Both the position numbers and the translations under genes were made by a program. Shown here one piece after another: positions 1 to 10,305 of a DNA stretch of 24,875 nucleotides. The stretch is taken from IMG/VR virus record IMGVR_UViG_3300002092_000181, positions 1 to 24,875 of that record. One strand, 5' to 3'. Numbering within the stretch: the stretch's first letter is position 1; each line of letters opens with the position of its first letter. Origin of the DNA: a virus. Lineage: Duplodnaviria > Caudoviricetes. The notes beneath the pieces were generated by a model. That model did not search any database. It worked only from the letters and a program-made list of their open reading frames with translations, and was not told the origin of the DNA.

Positions 1-726
1 CCGCCGGTCGTGATCCTGTCTCCCCCGCCTGCCGGCGGCGTGCAGGCCACGGCGATCGCCACCCTGTCTTCGGGCGTTCCGTCCTTCACCGTGATTGATC
101 AGGGTGCGGGTTACACCTCCGCTCCGACCGTGACGGTGATCCCGGATCCGCGTGAAGCCTCCGCTTCGACGCCGGGTCCGACGACTGCGGTCGTGGCCAC
201 CACTGCTCTGGTTGCCTCCGGTTCTGCCGGTGGTGCTCAGACGGTGTCGGCAGTGATCTGCACCAACCCCGGCACGGGCGTTCTGGCCGGTACGGCGATC
301 CCGACGCTCACCTTCTCGGGTGGTGGTGGTTCGTCTGCAGCGGCGACCGTGGTGATGTGCATGTGCGCGACCCCGACCAACTCGGTGGTCACGGGCACGT
401 ACTCTGGTTTCGGCACGAACAACTTTGCGCTGCGCACCATTGGCGGTCTGAACGCGTCCAGTCCGACCGTGAAGAACCCGACCCTGGGCGCCAACGTGTT
501 CACGCCTCGTCAGGCTCAACTGTTCAACGCGACCAATGCCGGCGCGATTGCAACGGCCCAGCTGACCGGCGCGACCGTGGTTGACGGTGGTCTGTTCCAG
601 GCCATCCCGAGCACGGTGATCGACACGGCCATCACGGGAACCTCGACCTTCCCGACTTTTGGCACCAGCATCACGCTGGGTCTCGGTGCGTCCCCGACCG
701 ACACCAGCTTGATCCAGCCCTTCTAA
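1..726 (+). CDS. 5'-truncated virion structural protein, probably head decoration/minor capsid, with a GxGYTSAPTV module
   Basis: Frame 1 is open from base 1 to TAA at 724-726. Thr/Gly/Ala-rich with GAGYTSAPTVT and strong GC3 bias. It lies before a hairpin and the adaptor gene, where decoration genes usually sit (positional inference). Confidence 0.6.
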   Translation, partial: PPVVILSPPPAGGVQATAIATLSSGVPSFTVIDQGAGYTSAPTVTVIPDPREASASTPGPTTAVVATTALVASGSAGGAQTVSAVICTNPGTGVLAGTAIPTLTFSGGGGSSAAATVVMCMCATPTNSVVTGTYSGFGTNNFALRTIGGLNASSPTVKNPTLGANVFTPRQAQLFNATNAGAIATAQLTGATVVDGGLFQAIPSTVIDTAITGTSTFPTFGTSITLGLGASPTDTSLIQPF

Positions 727-768
727 TCTGAACGATCTCTTCGCGTGGGGGCACGCTTAGGGCATGAT

Positions 769-809
769 GGGGGATCGGTGCGGCAACGTGCCGGTCCCCC
801 AACTGTTTC
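769..809 (+). terminator. 14-bp GNRA-capped hairpin; leaky terminator or mRNA-stabilising stem
   Basis: GGGGGATCGGTGCG-GCAA-CGTGCCGGTCCCCC (769-800) with G-U pairs on the + strand, followed by a weak U tract (AACTGTTTC). Confidence 0.6.
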
Positions 810-821
810 AAGGATCTTGGC

Positions 822-1748
822 ATGGCGCTGACGCAGTATCTCACCGACACAGCCTTGATGCTGAACGATCCGAACAACCTGTTCTTTTCGCAATCGACCC
901 TGACGAACTTCATCAATCTCGCGCGGAAACGCATCTGTGAACTGACCCAATGCGTGCGTGTTCTATTGCCTTCCACGAGCTCTATCACGGCTGTGGCAGC
1001 TGGTAGCGTCGGATCTGGCTACACGGCTCCTGTCGTCACTGTGAGCCTTCCAGACGGCATCAATGGCGGCACCCAAGCGGTGGTGACCGCAAACCTGACC
1101 GGCACGACCATTTCCAGCTTCACGGTTGTGAACGGCGGATCTGGATATGTGATTACGCCCACGATCACGATCACCGATCCTACCGGCGTTGGGGCGACGG
1201 CGGGAACCATCACCCTGTCCGCAGCTGTGAAGACGATCGTCAACCAGGAAGTCTACGCCTTCTCGAGCTACATCCCGGCCCTGCAGCTGGTGCAGCCTGG
1301 GGCGTCCGAGATCATTGGCCTGCAGTCCATCTCCGCGTCCTGGGGATCGATGAAGCCCACGCTGGACTACAAGAGCTGGACGACCTTCCAGGCCCAGTAC
1401 CGCGCATGGAATGTGGGCCAGCAGAACTACCCGGCCATCTGGTCTCAGTATGGTCGAGGCAGCGGCGGGCAATGTTACCTGTGGCCCATCCCGGCTGTGG
1501 TCAGCCAGATGGATTGGGACGCGTATTGTAATCCGATCCCTTTGGTCACCGACGCTACGGTCGAGGCAATCCCGGATCCGTTCACCGAGAGCGTGAAATA
1601 CTATGCGGCCTATCTGGCCTATTTGAACGCCCAGCGTAAGGACGACGCCCAGTTCATGCAGGCCCTGTTCCAGCAGAACCTGATCGAGAATGGCGTTGCC
1701 ACAACACCCTCCAACGCGCCTAGTGCCTATGACAGTGAGGTCTGGTGA
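822..1748 (+). CDS. Head-to-tail adaptor (tail tubular protein A-like) with an inserted beta-rich module
   Basis: AAGGA RBS. N-terminus ...[25 protein letters not shown] and C-terminus YLWPIP...[18 protein letters not shown] resemble podophage adaptors. A central [20 protein letters not shown] insertion is present. Confidence 0.7.
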   Translation: MALTQYLTDTALMLNDPNNLFFSQSTLTNFINLARKRICELTQCVRVLLPSTSSITAVAAGSVGSGYTAPVVTVSLPDGINGGTQAVVTANLTGTTISSFTVVNGGSGYVITPTITITDPTGVGATAGTITLSAAVKTIVNQEVYAFSSYIPALQLVQPGASEIIGLQSISASWGSMKPTLDYKSWTTFQAQYRAWNVGQQNYPAIWSQYGRGSGGQCYLWPIPAVVSQMDWDAYCNPIPLVTDATVEAIPDPFTESVKYYAAYLAYLNAQRKDDAQFMQALFQQNLIENGVATTPSNAPSAYDSEVW

Positions 1749-4180
1749 TGGGTGTCCCACGAGCAGGGAATAGCCAGGAAACGCCTATTGAAGAATGGGT
1801 GATTGAAGACTTTGGTTCATTGGACACCAAGGTTCTGCGCCCTGCGGTCAAGGACAGCGACTTCTACTGGACCCAGAACTGGATGCCGATCGCGCTGGGT
1901 AGGTACAAGACCCTATACGCTGAAGGCACAACGCTCTATACCGCGACGGGTGGAAAGACGATCGTCTACACCTACCAGTATGTGCTCAACAGCATTCCGT
2001 ACTGGGCGGTGTTCCTGAACGACGGCACCGCGGTCCAGGTCAACGGCAACACGTCTGCAGTCACGACCATTAGTTCAGTGGTCGGAACATTTTACGGCTC
2101 CGCATCATTCACGGCATCGTTCTCCGGAACCACCATGACGGTCTCGTCTGTAGCAAGCGGGACACTGGCTGTTGGCCAGCTGGTGTTTGGAACGGGCGTG
2201 GCATCCGGCCAATCCATCACCGCCTTTGGCAGTGGTTCGGGAGGTACGGGCACTTATACGTTAAGCGCTTCTAACGCCACGCTTGGCGCAACATCATGTA
2301 CGTCAAACAGCGCCAGCTTGCCGGCCTGCGCGCAGTTCCAGAACAAATATCTGGCGATCGTAAACACGATTTACGCGTCCAATTACTGGATCTGGGACGG
2401 CGCCTATCTGTACGGATCGGTGACCTCGGGCACCACATCAACCACGTCCTTGAGCCCCGACACCACAATCACCAATGCGGGAAGCAAATATACAAGCGTT
2501 CCCACGGTCACGGTAAGCGGCGGAAGCGGAACGGGCGCCACCGCAACGGCGACTGTGAAAAATGGTGCGGTAACCCAGATTACCATTACCAATCCAGGTT
2601 CTGGCTATCTGCTGAACGATCAACCCGTCATTAGCATTAGTGGAGGTGGATCAGATAACGCAGCAACAGCCACCGCAACTGTGTCTCAAAATACTGGTGG
2701 GATTGGTCAAGTTTACGTATTGGATGGGGGATCAAGCAATATTTCCGGAGTTACCACAATCGTAGTTTCTGGTGGGGGAGGGTCCGGTGCGGTCTTGGTT
2801 GTTACTGGATTTAATCAAGGTGGTAGCAACCAAAATGTTGTTACCAGCATTGGTATAGTAAATCCCGGAAGCGGATATACATCCGCGCCAACTATCACTT
2901 TTAGTGGTCTGACAGGCACGGCCCCAACAGTTGTGGTTAAATTGGCGTTGGGTGAGATTACTGGATTAAATGTGGTCACTGGGGGATCGGGGTATGTCGG
3001 CCCGCCTAGCGTCAGCATAATTGGGCCTGGAACAGGGGCCGTGTTTAACGCTGTAACGTCCGGAGGTGCGCTTACGGGGTTCACAAAGATCGCTGGTGGA
3101 TCTGGATACGTCCAATCTTCCACGACCGTGCAGTTGTCTGGCGGCAACAATTCAGCCGCCGGCACTGTCAGCATCATGCCCTTGGGCGTTCAGGGAACCA
3201 CTATCGAGACGTATCAAAACCGCGTCTGGATCGGCAACGGCATCAATTTGTACGCTAGTGTTCCTGGCACTGTGGCCAATTACGCAACGTCTGTGGGGGG
3301 CGTCACCACTCAGCTGACAGACGCCACGCTCAGGGCACAGATCACCCGTGTGATCCAGTCCAGTGGCTATCTCTATGTGTTCGGGGATTCATCAATCTCT
3401 GTCCTCTCGAACGTCACGGTCAGCGCTGCGGGCGTCACCACCTACAATCTGGTGAACGCGGATCCGCAAATGGGCACGTCCTGGCGCGACAGCATCGCGG
3501 CTCTTGGTCGAGCTCTGGTGTTTGCCAACCCGTCCGGGGTTTACACGCTCTACGGCGGCGCGGCAGAAAAGGTCTCGAACCAGCTGGACGGCTTGTTCTT
3601 GACCGGCAATTTCACCAACGTAACACCCAGCGCAGCGATCGCCACGATCTACAATGACCGCGTCTACATGCTGAATTTCAATACCGTGAACCCTTACACC
3701 GGATCCAGCCAGACCATGATGGCCATGTGGAACGGTCAGAAGTGGTTCACGTCCACACAGGTCAAGACGCCGTCTTTCATCCAGACCCAGGAGGTCAACT
3801 CGACCATTCAGGCATGGGGCACAAACGGAACAAGCCTTTATCCCATGTTCCAGACGGCATCTTCCAGTCTCACCAAGGTGCTCCAGACCAAGCTGCGCAA
3901 AACACCAAATTACACCTCTACCAAACGCGCGCTGCGGTATTTTGTTGTGGGCCAAAGCAACGGGAGCGAGACAAGCCCCACCGTCAGCGTCGGTCTGGAT
4001 ACCGACGCCGGCAACGGAACGCCTCAGCCCATTCCGCTTCTGCAAACCAACCTGACCATCACCGGAACCGGCATCAGTGCGTATGGAAAGATGATAGGGT
4101 TCTCTCTTTCGACAACCGCCTCCGATCTTGATATCATCTCGTTCACAACCCAGTTCGGCGAGTTTGCGCCGTTCGGCTAA
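1748..4180 (+). CDS. Tail nozzle / tail tubular protein B-like with inserted Gly/Thr-rich repeats
   Basis: TGATG coupling to the adaptor (alternative GTG at 1745); ~810 aa. Propeller-like segments ([38 protein letters not shown]) and several GSGY repeats. Confidence 0.7.
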   Translation: MGVPRAGNSQETPIEEWVIEDFGSLDTKVLRPAVKDSDFYWTQNWMPIALGRYKTLYAEGTTLYTATGGKTIVYTYQYVLNSIPYWAVFLNDGTAVQVNGNTSAVTTISSVVGTFYGSASFTASFSGTTMTVSSVASGTLAVGQLVFGTGVASGQSITAFGSGSGGTGTYTLSASNATLGATSCTSNSASLPACAQFQNKYLAIVNTIYASNYWIWDGAYLYGSVTSGTTSTTSLSPDTTITNAGSKYTSVPTVTVSGGSGTGATATATVKNGAVTQITITNPGSGYLLNDQPVISISGGGSDNAATATATVSQNTGGIGQVYVLDGGSSNISGVTTIVVSGGGGSGAVLVVTGFNQGGSNQNVVTSIGIVNPGSGYTSAPTITFSGLTGTAPTVVVKLALGEITGLNVVTGGSGYVGPPSVSIIGPGTGAVFNAVTSGGALTGFTKIAGGSGYVQSSTTVQLSGGNNSAAGTVSIMPLGVQGTTIETYQNRVWIGNGINLYASVPGTVANYATSVGGVTTQLTDATLRAQITRVIQSSGYLYVFGDSSISVLSNVTVSAAGVTTYNLVNADPQMGTSWRDSIAALGRALVFANPSGVYTLYGGAAEKVSNQLDGLFLTGNFTNVTPSAAIATIYNDRVYMLNFNTVNPYTGSSQTMMAMWNGQKWFTSTQVKTPSFIQTQEVNSTIQAWGTNGTSLYPMFQTASSSLTKVLQTKLRKTPNYTSTKRALRYFVVGQSNGSETSPTVSVGLDTDAGNGTPQPIPLLQTNLTITGTGISAYGKMIGFSLSTTASDLDIISFTTQFGEFAPFG

Positions 4181-4190
4181 GGAGCTCGCT

Positions 4191-4415
4191 ATGTCGCGCT
4201 ACAAGGAATTTACAGCCTGGAACCGCATGCCGCCCTGCGAAGTCAAGGTGGATGCTCCGGATGGCACGCTCACCGTGTTTGACACCGGCCTCAGCGAAAG
4301 CACGATGTACGACAATCTGGATCACCCGCTGATCCAATCCGGCGATTGGCAAGTGAACCACCAGCGCTATGGGCGCACCAACGAAAAGACCAGCCAGAAC
4401 AAGAACGGTCGCTGA
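4191..4415 (+). CDS. Hypothetical protein (74 aa)
   Basis: TAAGGAG RBS before ATG 4191; TGATG-coupled to the next gene. Confidence 0.7.
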   Translation: MSRYKEFTAWNRMPPCEVKVDAPDGTLTVFDTGLSESTMYDNLDHPLIQSGDWQVNHQRYGRTNEKTSQNKNGR

Positions 4416-4753
4416 TGGGTCTGGCCCAGATCATCTACCCAAGGCCCACGCCCAAGGGCTTTGACGAGTGGACCTGGGACCACTATCAGCACCACCTTGC
4501 CATCATCCATCAGGCGGCGACCGCAGGCTTCTCCCTGAACCAGTATCAAATCTGGCCGGTGACGAAGGAAAACTTCAAGGACTTCCTGCAGCAGCATCAG
4601 CAGATGCACGCCGAGATGGACGCGATCGCCGGCGTGCAGGGATCTGACCTTCAGGATCTGGACCTGAAGGACAAGAAGAAGGCGGACGCTTGGTTCTATC
4701 TCCAGTACGTGGAGCACCAGTCGGTCGCCCAGTTCCTGGGGGGTGGCATCTGA
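4415..4753 (+). CDS. His-rich helical hypothetical protein with repeated HxxxH motifs
   Basis: TGATG coupling at both ends. Segments WTWDHYQHH, FLQQHQQMH, WFYLQYVEH. Confidence 0.75.
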   Translation: MGLAQIIYPRPTPKGFDEWTWDHYQHHLAIIHQAATAGFSLNQYQIWPVTKENFKDFLQQHQQMHAEMDAIAGVQGSDLQDLDLKDKKKADAWFYLQYVEHQSVAQFLGGGI

Positions 4754-5160
4754 TGGCTGAAACAGTCCTTCATGATGGACCGGGCCGCTGGAAAAGCCCG
4801 CAAGTGTACAAGATCCAATCGCGACAGGTGAAACTGACGGGTGCCGCGCACCCCATCCTGATGCGCCCGGTGATTGCTCCTACCGGGCTGATCGGTCAGC
4901 TATACGGCCCCAGCGTGATCGTGACCCAAGGCGGTCGCCCCCCGTACACATTCAGCATCCTGTCAGGCTCTCTCCCGCCGGGTCTGTCCATCAGCACGAC
5001 CAGCGGGACCATCACCGGGACGCCTACGACTGTGGGAACCTACACCTTTGTGGTAAAGGTGATCGACACGCACCAGACGACGCAGACCACGCCCTCAATA
5101 ACCATCCGCACCGGGTATGGTTTTGATTTTGCGCTCTGGGACGCTGCCTACTGGTCGTAA
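4753..5160 (+). CDS. Putative Ig-like (He_PIG-type) virion protein
   Basis: TGATG start. GGRPPYTFSILSGSLPPGLSISTTSGTITGTPTTVGTYTFVVKVID is the characteristic putative-Ig pattern. Confidence 0.8.
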   Translation: MAETVLHDGPGRWKSPQVYKIQSRQVKLTGAAHPILMRPVIAPTGLIGQLYGPSVIVTQGGRPPYTFSILSGSLPPGLSISTTSGTITGTPTTVGTYTFVVKVIDTHQTTQTTPSITIRTGYGFDFALWDAAYWS

Positions 5161-5178
5161 AATCTAAGGGGGACCGCG

Positions 5179-6960
5179 ATGGCGCTGCCGTATATCTTCT
5201 CGTCTGGAACGATCATCGCGTCTGCACAGGTCAACGCGAACTTTGCCGCTTGTGCGCTGACGGATTTCTCCAACACCTCCAACACGGGATCAGGTCTCAA
5301 CGTCTTGGGGGTCAGTCCCACACTGGTCGCGCCCGCCCTCGGGACACCGATCAGTGTCACCCTGACCAATGCCACCGGCCTTCCGCTCACATCGGGTGTC
5401 AGCGGCATTCTGCCGGTACTCAATGGCGGCACCGGCACGGCGTCTCCAAGCCTTGTGCAGGGATCGGGTATCACCATCACTGGTACGTGGCCGAACCAGA
5501 CCATTTCTTCCAGTATTTCGTCTTACCCAGGCGCGGGCATCGCCAACAGCACAGGATCGGCTTGGGGAACGTCATACAGCACCACGGGAACCGGCACTGT
5601 GGTGGCGTTGGCGACCTCTCCAAGCTTGACAACGCCCGGTATCGGGGCGGGCGGCGCACTTTTCGCGGGGTCCAGCTTCACCGTTACGCTCAAGGCAAGT
5701 GCCTCTACGACGGGCAGCTACACCTTCACCTTGCCTGTGAGCGGTGGAACAACCTCCGGGTACGTGCTGACCACAGATGGTGCTGGGACGACTTCATGGT
5801 CCGCGCCCGCAAGCGGGTCTGGTCTTGTTGTTGGTGGCTCTCCCATCACCGGGGGCACGTCTGGATACATCCTGTACGTCAATGGCAGCACCCTAGGGAA
5901 CATTCAGACCATCCCGACCGCTAATGGTGGCACGAACCTTACCAGCTTCACCTCTGGAGGCGCGGTATACGCGACCGCTACCAATGTCCTCACCACCGGC
6001 ACACTTCCTGTCGCTTCGGGGGGCACGGGGACTGCAACGGCGTTCACGGCTGGATCGGTACACTTTTCCGGCGCGGCGGGTGTCTACAGCCAGAACAACG
6101 CCCAGTTCTTCTGGGACAACACCAACTACCGGCTGGGGGTAGGGACATCATCTCCAAATACAAGTATGCATATCCAACAGTCCGTAGACGGGGAAATTTT
6201 CCGCGTTCAAAGGTCTGGTGGAACAAACATACCAATTCTTCAATTTATTTTGAGCGAAACAAATAACGTCGCAACCATATCTGAAACTGGAGCAGCGGCG
6301 GGCGCTATTGCTTTTCAAACTAACGGCTCCGAGCGCATGCGGATCACCCCCACTGGCCTTGTCGGCATCGGCACCAACAACCCGCAGCGGATTCTCGATG
6401 TCGAGCAATCGGGCGTGGACTACCAGTTCCGGCTGGGTGATGCGGGCGGGTCGAACTATTATGACATCGGTCGGGTTCAATCCAACGGCCTACTGACCTT
6501 CTACGGCAGCCAAGCCGTTGCAAGCGGGTTTGTGTTCACCACGGTCAACGGCGAGCGCCTCCGCATTGCCAGCAGCGGCGAAATCTACATGGCCGCAGCC
6601 CAATCCCCGACGCAGATTTACGACGTGGGGTATTTGGGAATTCCGGTCAGCGGAGGCTCCACCAAGACTACCAGCTACACTGCCGTTTTGACTGACGCGG
6701 GTCAGCAACTCCAATTCGGAGCGGCGAGCCTTACGGGGACGATTCCAGCCAATGCCTCGGTCGCGTATCCGGTCGGCACAACCCTGATCTTTGTCAACCT
6801 GTACAGTGGGAACCTGACTATCGCCATCAACTCCGACACCCTCTATCTGGCCAATTCGGGATCGACCGGAAGCCGCACACTGGCTGGAAATTACGGTGTC
6901 GCCACAGCGTTGAAAATTGGTTCCACCTCATGGGTGATCTATGGCAACGGGCTTTCCTGA
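5179..6960 (+). CDS. Tail fibre protein
   Basis: AAGGGGG RBS. N-terminal attachment-like segment (IIASAQVNANF), LPVxxGGTG shaft motifs, GVGTSSP/GIGTNNP and ERMRI/ERLRI repeats, and a C-terminal TIPANASVAYPVGT...WVIYGNGLS knob. Confidence 0.8.
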   Translation: MALPYIFSSGTIIASAQVNANFAACALTDFSNTSNTGSGLNVLGVSPTLVAPALGTPISVTLTNATGLPLTSGVSGILPVLNGGTGTASPSLVQGSGITITGTWPNQTISSSISSYPGAGIANSTGSAWGTSYSTTGTGTVVALATSPSLTTPGIGAGGALFAGSSFTVTLKASASTTGSYTFTLPVSGGTTSGYVLTTDGAGTTSWSAPASGSGLVVGGSPITGGTSGYILYVNGSTLGNIQTIPTANGGTNLTSFTSGGAVYATATNVLTTGTLPVASGGTGTATAFTAGSVHFSGAAGVYSQNNAQFFWDNTNYRLGVGTSSPNTSMHIQQSVDGEIFRVQRSGGTNIPILQFILSETNNVATISETGAAAGAIAFQTNGSERMRITPTGLVGIGTNNPQRILDVEQSGVDYQFRLGDAGGSNYYDIGRVQSNGLLTFYGSQAVASGFVFTTVNGERLRIASSGEIYMAAAQSPTQIYDVGYLGIPVSGGSTKTTSYTAVLTDAGQQLQFGAASLTGTIPANASVAYPVGTTLIFVNLYSGNLTIAINSDTLYLANSGSTGSRTLAGNYGVATALKIGSTSWVIYGNGLS

Positions 6961-7607
6961 TGGCTGGCGCGGTTGCAGGATTGCTGGCTTCGACGGCGGG
7001 GTTCCCGAAATTCAACCAGTATGTCACTGGTTCCGGCAGCATTACCGCGCCCTCGGGGTCTCGCAATGTGACCATTTACATGTGGGGCGCGGGCGGCGGC
7101 GGTGGCGTCAATGCGGGCGGCGCGGGCGGCGCGGGCGGCGGCGGCGGCGCGTATGTGACCTACACTATGAGCGTCACGGGCGGATCGACCTCGTTTACCT
7201 ATTCTGTGCCCGCTTTCGGGGGTGCTGGAGCCGTTACGTTGAACACGGCGGGCAGTGCCGGTAGCGCGACCACAATAAGCTCTCCCGCCCTGTCAGCGGG
7301 CGGCGGTGGTGGTGGCGGTGTAAGTTCCGGGGGCACGGCTGGCGTTCAAAGCGGCGGTCAGGCTGGTAGCGCCAACGGCGTTGCGGGAACGTCCTCGGCC
7401 AGCGGCGGAGCGGGCGGAAATGCGGGCGGCACCGGCACCTCGGTCACAACCTCGAATCCGTCTGTGGCGACGTTCCAAGGGGGTTTGGGAGACGTCTTGG
7501 GCGGTGGCGGTGGAGCCTATGGCGGCGGCGGGGCCGGTGGCGCGCTGACCGGAACTTTTACTGGCACCAGCGGGGCCGGTGGCGCTATCGTATTTGCTTG
7601 GAGCTAA
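6960..7607 (+). CDS. Glycine-rich tail-fibre-associated (adhesin-like) protein
   Basis: TGATG coupling to the fibre. VTIYMWGAGGGGG...GGGGGAY...GAGGAIVFAW is a typical phage Gly-rich domain. Confidence 0.7.
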   Translation: MAGAVAGLLASTAGFPKFNQYVTGSGSITAPSGSRNVTIYMWGAGGGGGVNAGGAGGAGGGGGAYVTYTMSVTGGSTSFTYSVPAFGGAGAVTLNTAGSAGSATTISSPALSAGGGGGGGVSSGGTAGVQSGGQAGSANGVAGTSSASGGAGGNAGGTGTSVTTSNPSVATFQGGLGDVLGGGGGAYGGGGAGGALTGTFTGTSGAGGAIVFAWS

Positions 7608-7616
7608 GGGAACACC

Positions 7617-7946
7617 ATGGCCATCACCTACACTTGGACCTTTCCGCAGTTGAACGTGCAGACGAGCGCCTACGGCAAGACCAACGTGGTCTACTCGGTG
7701 AACTGGGTCTGCACTGGCGATGACGGGGAGGGCCACACCGCGCAAGCCTACGGGACTTGCACGGTTCCGTATGTGGCTGAAGACCCGTTCATCGCATATC
7801 CTGACCTGACGCAGTCTGAGGTGCTGTCGTGGACCACGGCCAATCTGGACGCGGAACAGGTCACCAACATTGAGACCTACCTCTCGACGCAGATCGCGGA
7901 CCAGATTAATCCTCCGACTGCAACTCTGCCCCCACCGTGGAACTAA
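7617..7946 (+). CDS. Tail-fibre-associated protein, possible assembly chaperone
   Basis: AAGGG RBS. The pattern ITYTWT...VVYSVNW...FIAYPDLTQSEVLSW...PPW is commonly found next to fibre genes (recognised by eye). Confidence 0.65.
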   Translation: MAITYTWTFPQLNVQTSAYGKTNVVYSVNWVCTGDDGEGHTAQAYGTCTVPYVAEDPFIAYPDLTQSEVLSWTTANLDAEQVTNIETYLSTQIADQINPPTATLPPPWN

Positions 7947-7957
7947 TGGAGACCTCT

Positions 7958-8113
7958 ATGGACACGACCGCTGAACACCGCGTCAAAATGACCATTGGTG
8001 ACCTCATTTTTCAGGTCGAACTGCTGCGCGATCAGGTCTCCAGCCTGACCGCCGAACTTGAGGCCGAGAAGGCCAAGAACGCCCCTGCTGAACCGCCCGT
8101 TGAACAGGCGTGA
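7958..8113 (+). CDS. Small coiled-coil protein (51 aa; not in the ORF track)
   Basis: GGAG RBS. MDTTAEHRVKMTIGDLIFQVELLRDQVSSLTAELEAEKAKNAPAEPPVEQA; GTGA overlap with the next gene; in-frame ATG also at 7946. Confidence 0.7.
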   Translation: MDTTAEHRVKMTIGDLIFQVELLRDQVSSLTAELEAEKAKNAPAEPPVEQA

Positions 8114-8529
8114 TCAGACCAGCCACTGCGGGCGATTTCGACCGTATTTTCGAGATTTCCCGCGAAGCCTACCCGCAATATCAGATCGACCAGGACGATT
8201 GCCGCCAGTGGGCTCTCAGAGCCCTCCAGAACCCCGACGTTCTCATTGCCATAGGTGAGCGCTCGTTCGGTATTTCAGGCGTCTCAGCGCCGTTTTGGGC
8301 CCCCGCCAAGCGCAGGGGTGTGATGGTGTTTCTGGCCTCGACAAGCGGGTCTGGATATGAACCGTGCGCGCTGCTCCGCTACATGGTAAAGTGGGCTCTG
8401 AAAGATCGCGGCGCGAGTACCTATCATTTTGGCGAGGACACGGGTGCCAACCTTGCACCGCTTGCCAAACGAGTTGGGGCTACGCTTGATCGGGCCAGCT
8501 ATGTGGTGACCAATGGGCAAGGAACTTGA
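8110..8529 (+). CDS. GNAT-fold acetyltransferase-like protein
   Basis: MIRPATAGDFDRIFEI N-terminus. Its position between tail and ejection genes is typical of podophages. Confidence 0.6.
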   Translation: MIRPATAGDFDRIFEISREAYPQYQIDQDDCRQWALRALQNPDVLIAIGERSFGISGVSAPFWAPAKRRGVMVFLASTSGSGYEPCALLRYMVKWALKDRGASTYHFGEDTGANLAPLAKRVGATLDRASYVVTNGQGT

Positions 8530-9193
8530 TCAAGCGATCAGCATCATTTCTGATGTTGCGGGGTTCATCCCTGGATTTCAGTGGGCTCCCGTGGCCGGCA
8601 ATGCAATTGCAGGCGTTGACGAGGCCAGGCGGGGAGATCTTCTGTCGGCTGCGTTGAGCACAGTTGCGGCGGGGGCTCCGGCCCTGACATCCGGCATAAG
8701 TCAGGCCGCTGGAGGCGCTGCTGAGAATGCTTTGGCACCCAGCGCGTCTACGGTGGTTGAGGGCCTCGACAATCCGGCGACAATGGCTAGCGCACAAGGG
8801 GCCGCGGACCTTGCATCTGGTGCCGGCAACGCTGTGCAGTACGGCACAAGCGCTGCAGCCAACGCGGCTCTGGGTGCCGGGGCTCAACCGCTTTTTCAAT
8901 CCTTGGGACTGAGAGATGCAAGTGCGCAAGCACCGGCTTCTACGCAGCCAAGCCTGACCCCTGCGGCCAAGGGCGGGCTTGTGGGCGCCGGCGGTGGCGC
9001 GGGCCCAGGTCTTGGGGCTGGTGGTCTTGATATCCAGGGCGGCACCGCGCCGAAAATCTACCCCTACGTTCAATCCAACCAGGGCCCGCCTGTGGGCTCG
9101 TCCAGCCAGCAGGCGTCCGGGGCCGGTACGTCGGGATCGGGCATGCAATCCAGTTCGCAACCGGGCATGCAACAGCAGTCGAGGAGCATCTGA
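8513..9193 (+). CDS. Probable ejection (internal virion) protein, Ala/Gly-rich
   Basis: Low-complexity Ala/Gly sequence with a mildly hydrophobic N-terminus; first gene of a coupled run after the GNAT gene. Confidence 0.55.
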   Translation: MGKELDQAISIISDVAGFIPGFQWAPVAGNAIAGVDEARRGDLLSAALSTVAAGAPALTSGISQAAGGAAENALAPSASTVVEGLDNPATMASAQGAADLASGAGNAVQYGTSAAANAALGAGAQPLFQSLGLRDASAQAPASTQPSLTPAAKGGLVGAGGGAGPGLGAGGLDIQGGTAPKIYPYVQSNQGPPVGSSSQQASGAGTSGSGMQSSSQPGMQQQSRSI

Positions 9194-10296
9194 TGGGACA
9201 AGACGCACTCAGTTCCTTCGGGAACATGTTCACGGGCGCGGAAAACGCGATCGGCGGCGCAGTCAACAGCGGAGCCAACGCCCTTGGCGGCATGTTTGGG
9301 GCTGGCCCTTCCGCATACGACAGCACTGCAGCTAGCGGAGCCACGACGGGATCGGGTCCTGATGCTGCTGGCGTGGCCAATGCCCTTGGCGGAACGCAAA
9401 TGCCGGCAGCGCTGAACCAAGGCCTGTCTGCCGCTCAAGGAAATCTGAGCGCGGGCGCCAATACGCCTGTTACCGCACCCCAAATCCCCGGAGCAGGCGG
9501 CGCCGGAGGCATTGGAGGCATTTCCACGGCCATGGCGGACGCTCTTCCGGGTGCTGCTGGGGCCAATTCTGGCACGGGTTTTAACATCGGCTCGGTGACC
9601 GGCAGCGCCCCTTCTTATGACGCGAATGCTCCAGGCAATGTTGGACAAGTTCCTACAGTCCAGGACGCTAACCCGACGACGTATGGCGGGCAGGGGAATT
9701 ACATGGCCAGCTTGAGCCCCACCGCAGCCCCAGGCGCTGCTACGGGCGCTGCGCAGCCCAACATGATGAATTCCATGGCGCAGTACCTGATGAACCCGCA
9801 GAACATTCCGCGGGAGCTGTCTCTTGGTCTGACGGGTGTGAACTTGTTCAACGCCCTGCAGCCCAATCCGCTCGAGAAGCAGATGAAGCAACAACTGAAC
9901 AATGCCCAGAGCGAGCAGGCCCTGTATCAGAACCGCGTCAACACTGACCAAGCGGGTGGCGTTTCGCCGGCCCAGCAGGCCGCTCTGGATCTTGAGCGGC
10001 AACAGGCCAAGGCGCGCATCCTCAGCCAGCCTGGGGGCATCCTGAGTGCCCAGAACGCGGATCTTTCGGCTGTGGATACCGCGATCAACAAGCAGCAGTT
10101 CGACGAGGCCCAAGCCAATCTGGCGCAGGACGCAAAACTGATGGGCGGTTACGACACCGACACCCAGAACTATCTGAACAATCTGTTGAAGCTCGAGCAG
10201 CAGCAGAACGGGCAGTTCAACCAGTCTCTGGCTTCGCTGTTCCAGGCTCTGGGGATGGGCAATCCCGCGAACTACGGCAAGCAACCAAACGGGTAA
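9193..10296 (+). CDS. Probable ejection (DNA transfer) protein
   Basis: TGATG coupling; Gly/Ala-rich N-terminal half and Gln/Asn-rich helical C-terminal half. Confidence 0.6.
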   Translation: MGQDALSSFGNMFTGAENAIGGAVNSGANALGGMFGAGPSAYDSTAASGATTGSGPDAAGVANALGGTQMPAALNQGLSAAQGNLSAGANTPVTAPQIPGAGGAGGIGGISTAMADALPGAAGANSGTGFNIGSVTGSAPSYDANAPGNVGQVPTVQDANPTTYGGQGNYMASLSPTAAPGAATGAAQPNMMNSMAQYLMNPQNIPRELSLGLTGVNLFNALQPNPLEKQMKQQLNNAQSEQALYQNRVNTDQAGGVSPAQQAALDLERQQAKARILSQPGGILSAQNADLSAVDTAINKQQFDEAQANLAQDAKLMGGYDTDTQNYLNNLLKLEQQQNGQFNQSLASLFQALGMGNPANYGKQPNG

Positions 10297-10305
10297 GGCG
10301 CCGAT

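Noticed and set aside
7085-7150. GGCGCGGGCGGC-type tandem repeats
   Set aside because: Explained by poly-Gly/Ala coding; not a CRISPR or regulatory repeat.
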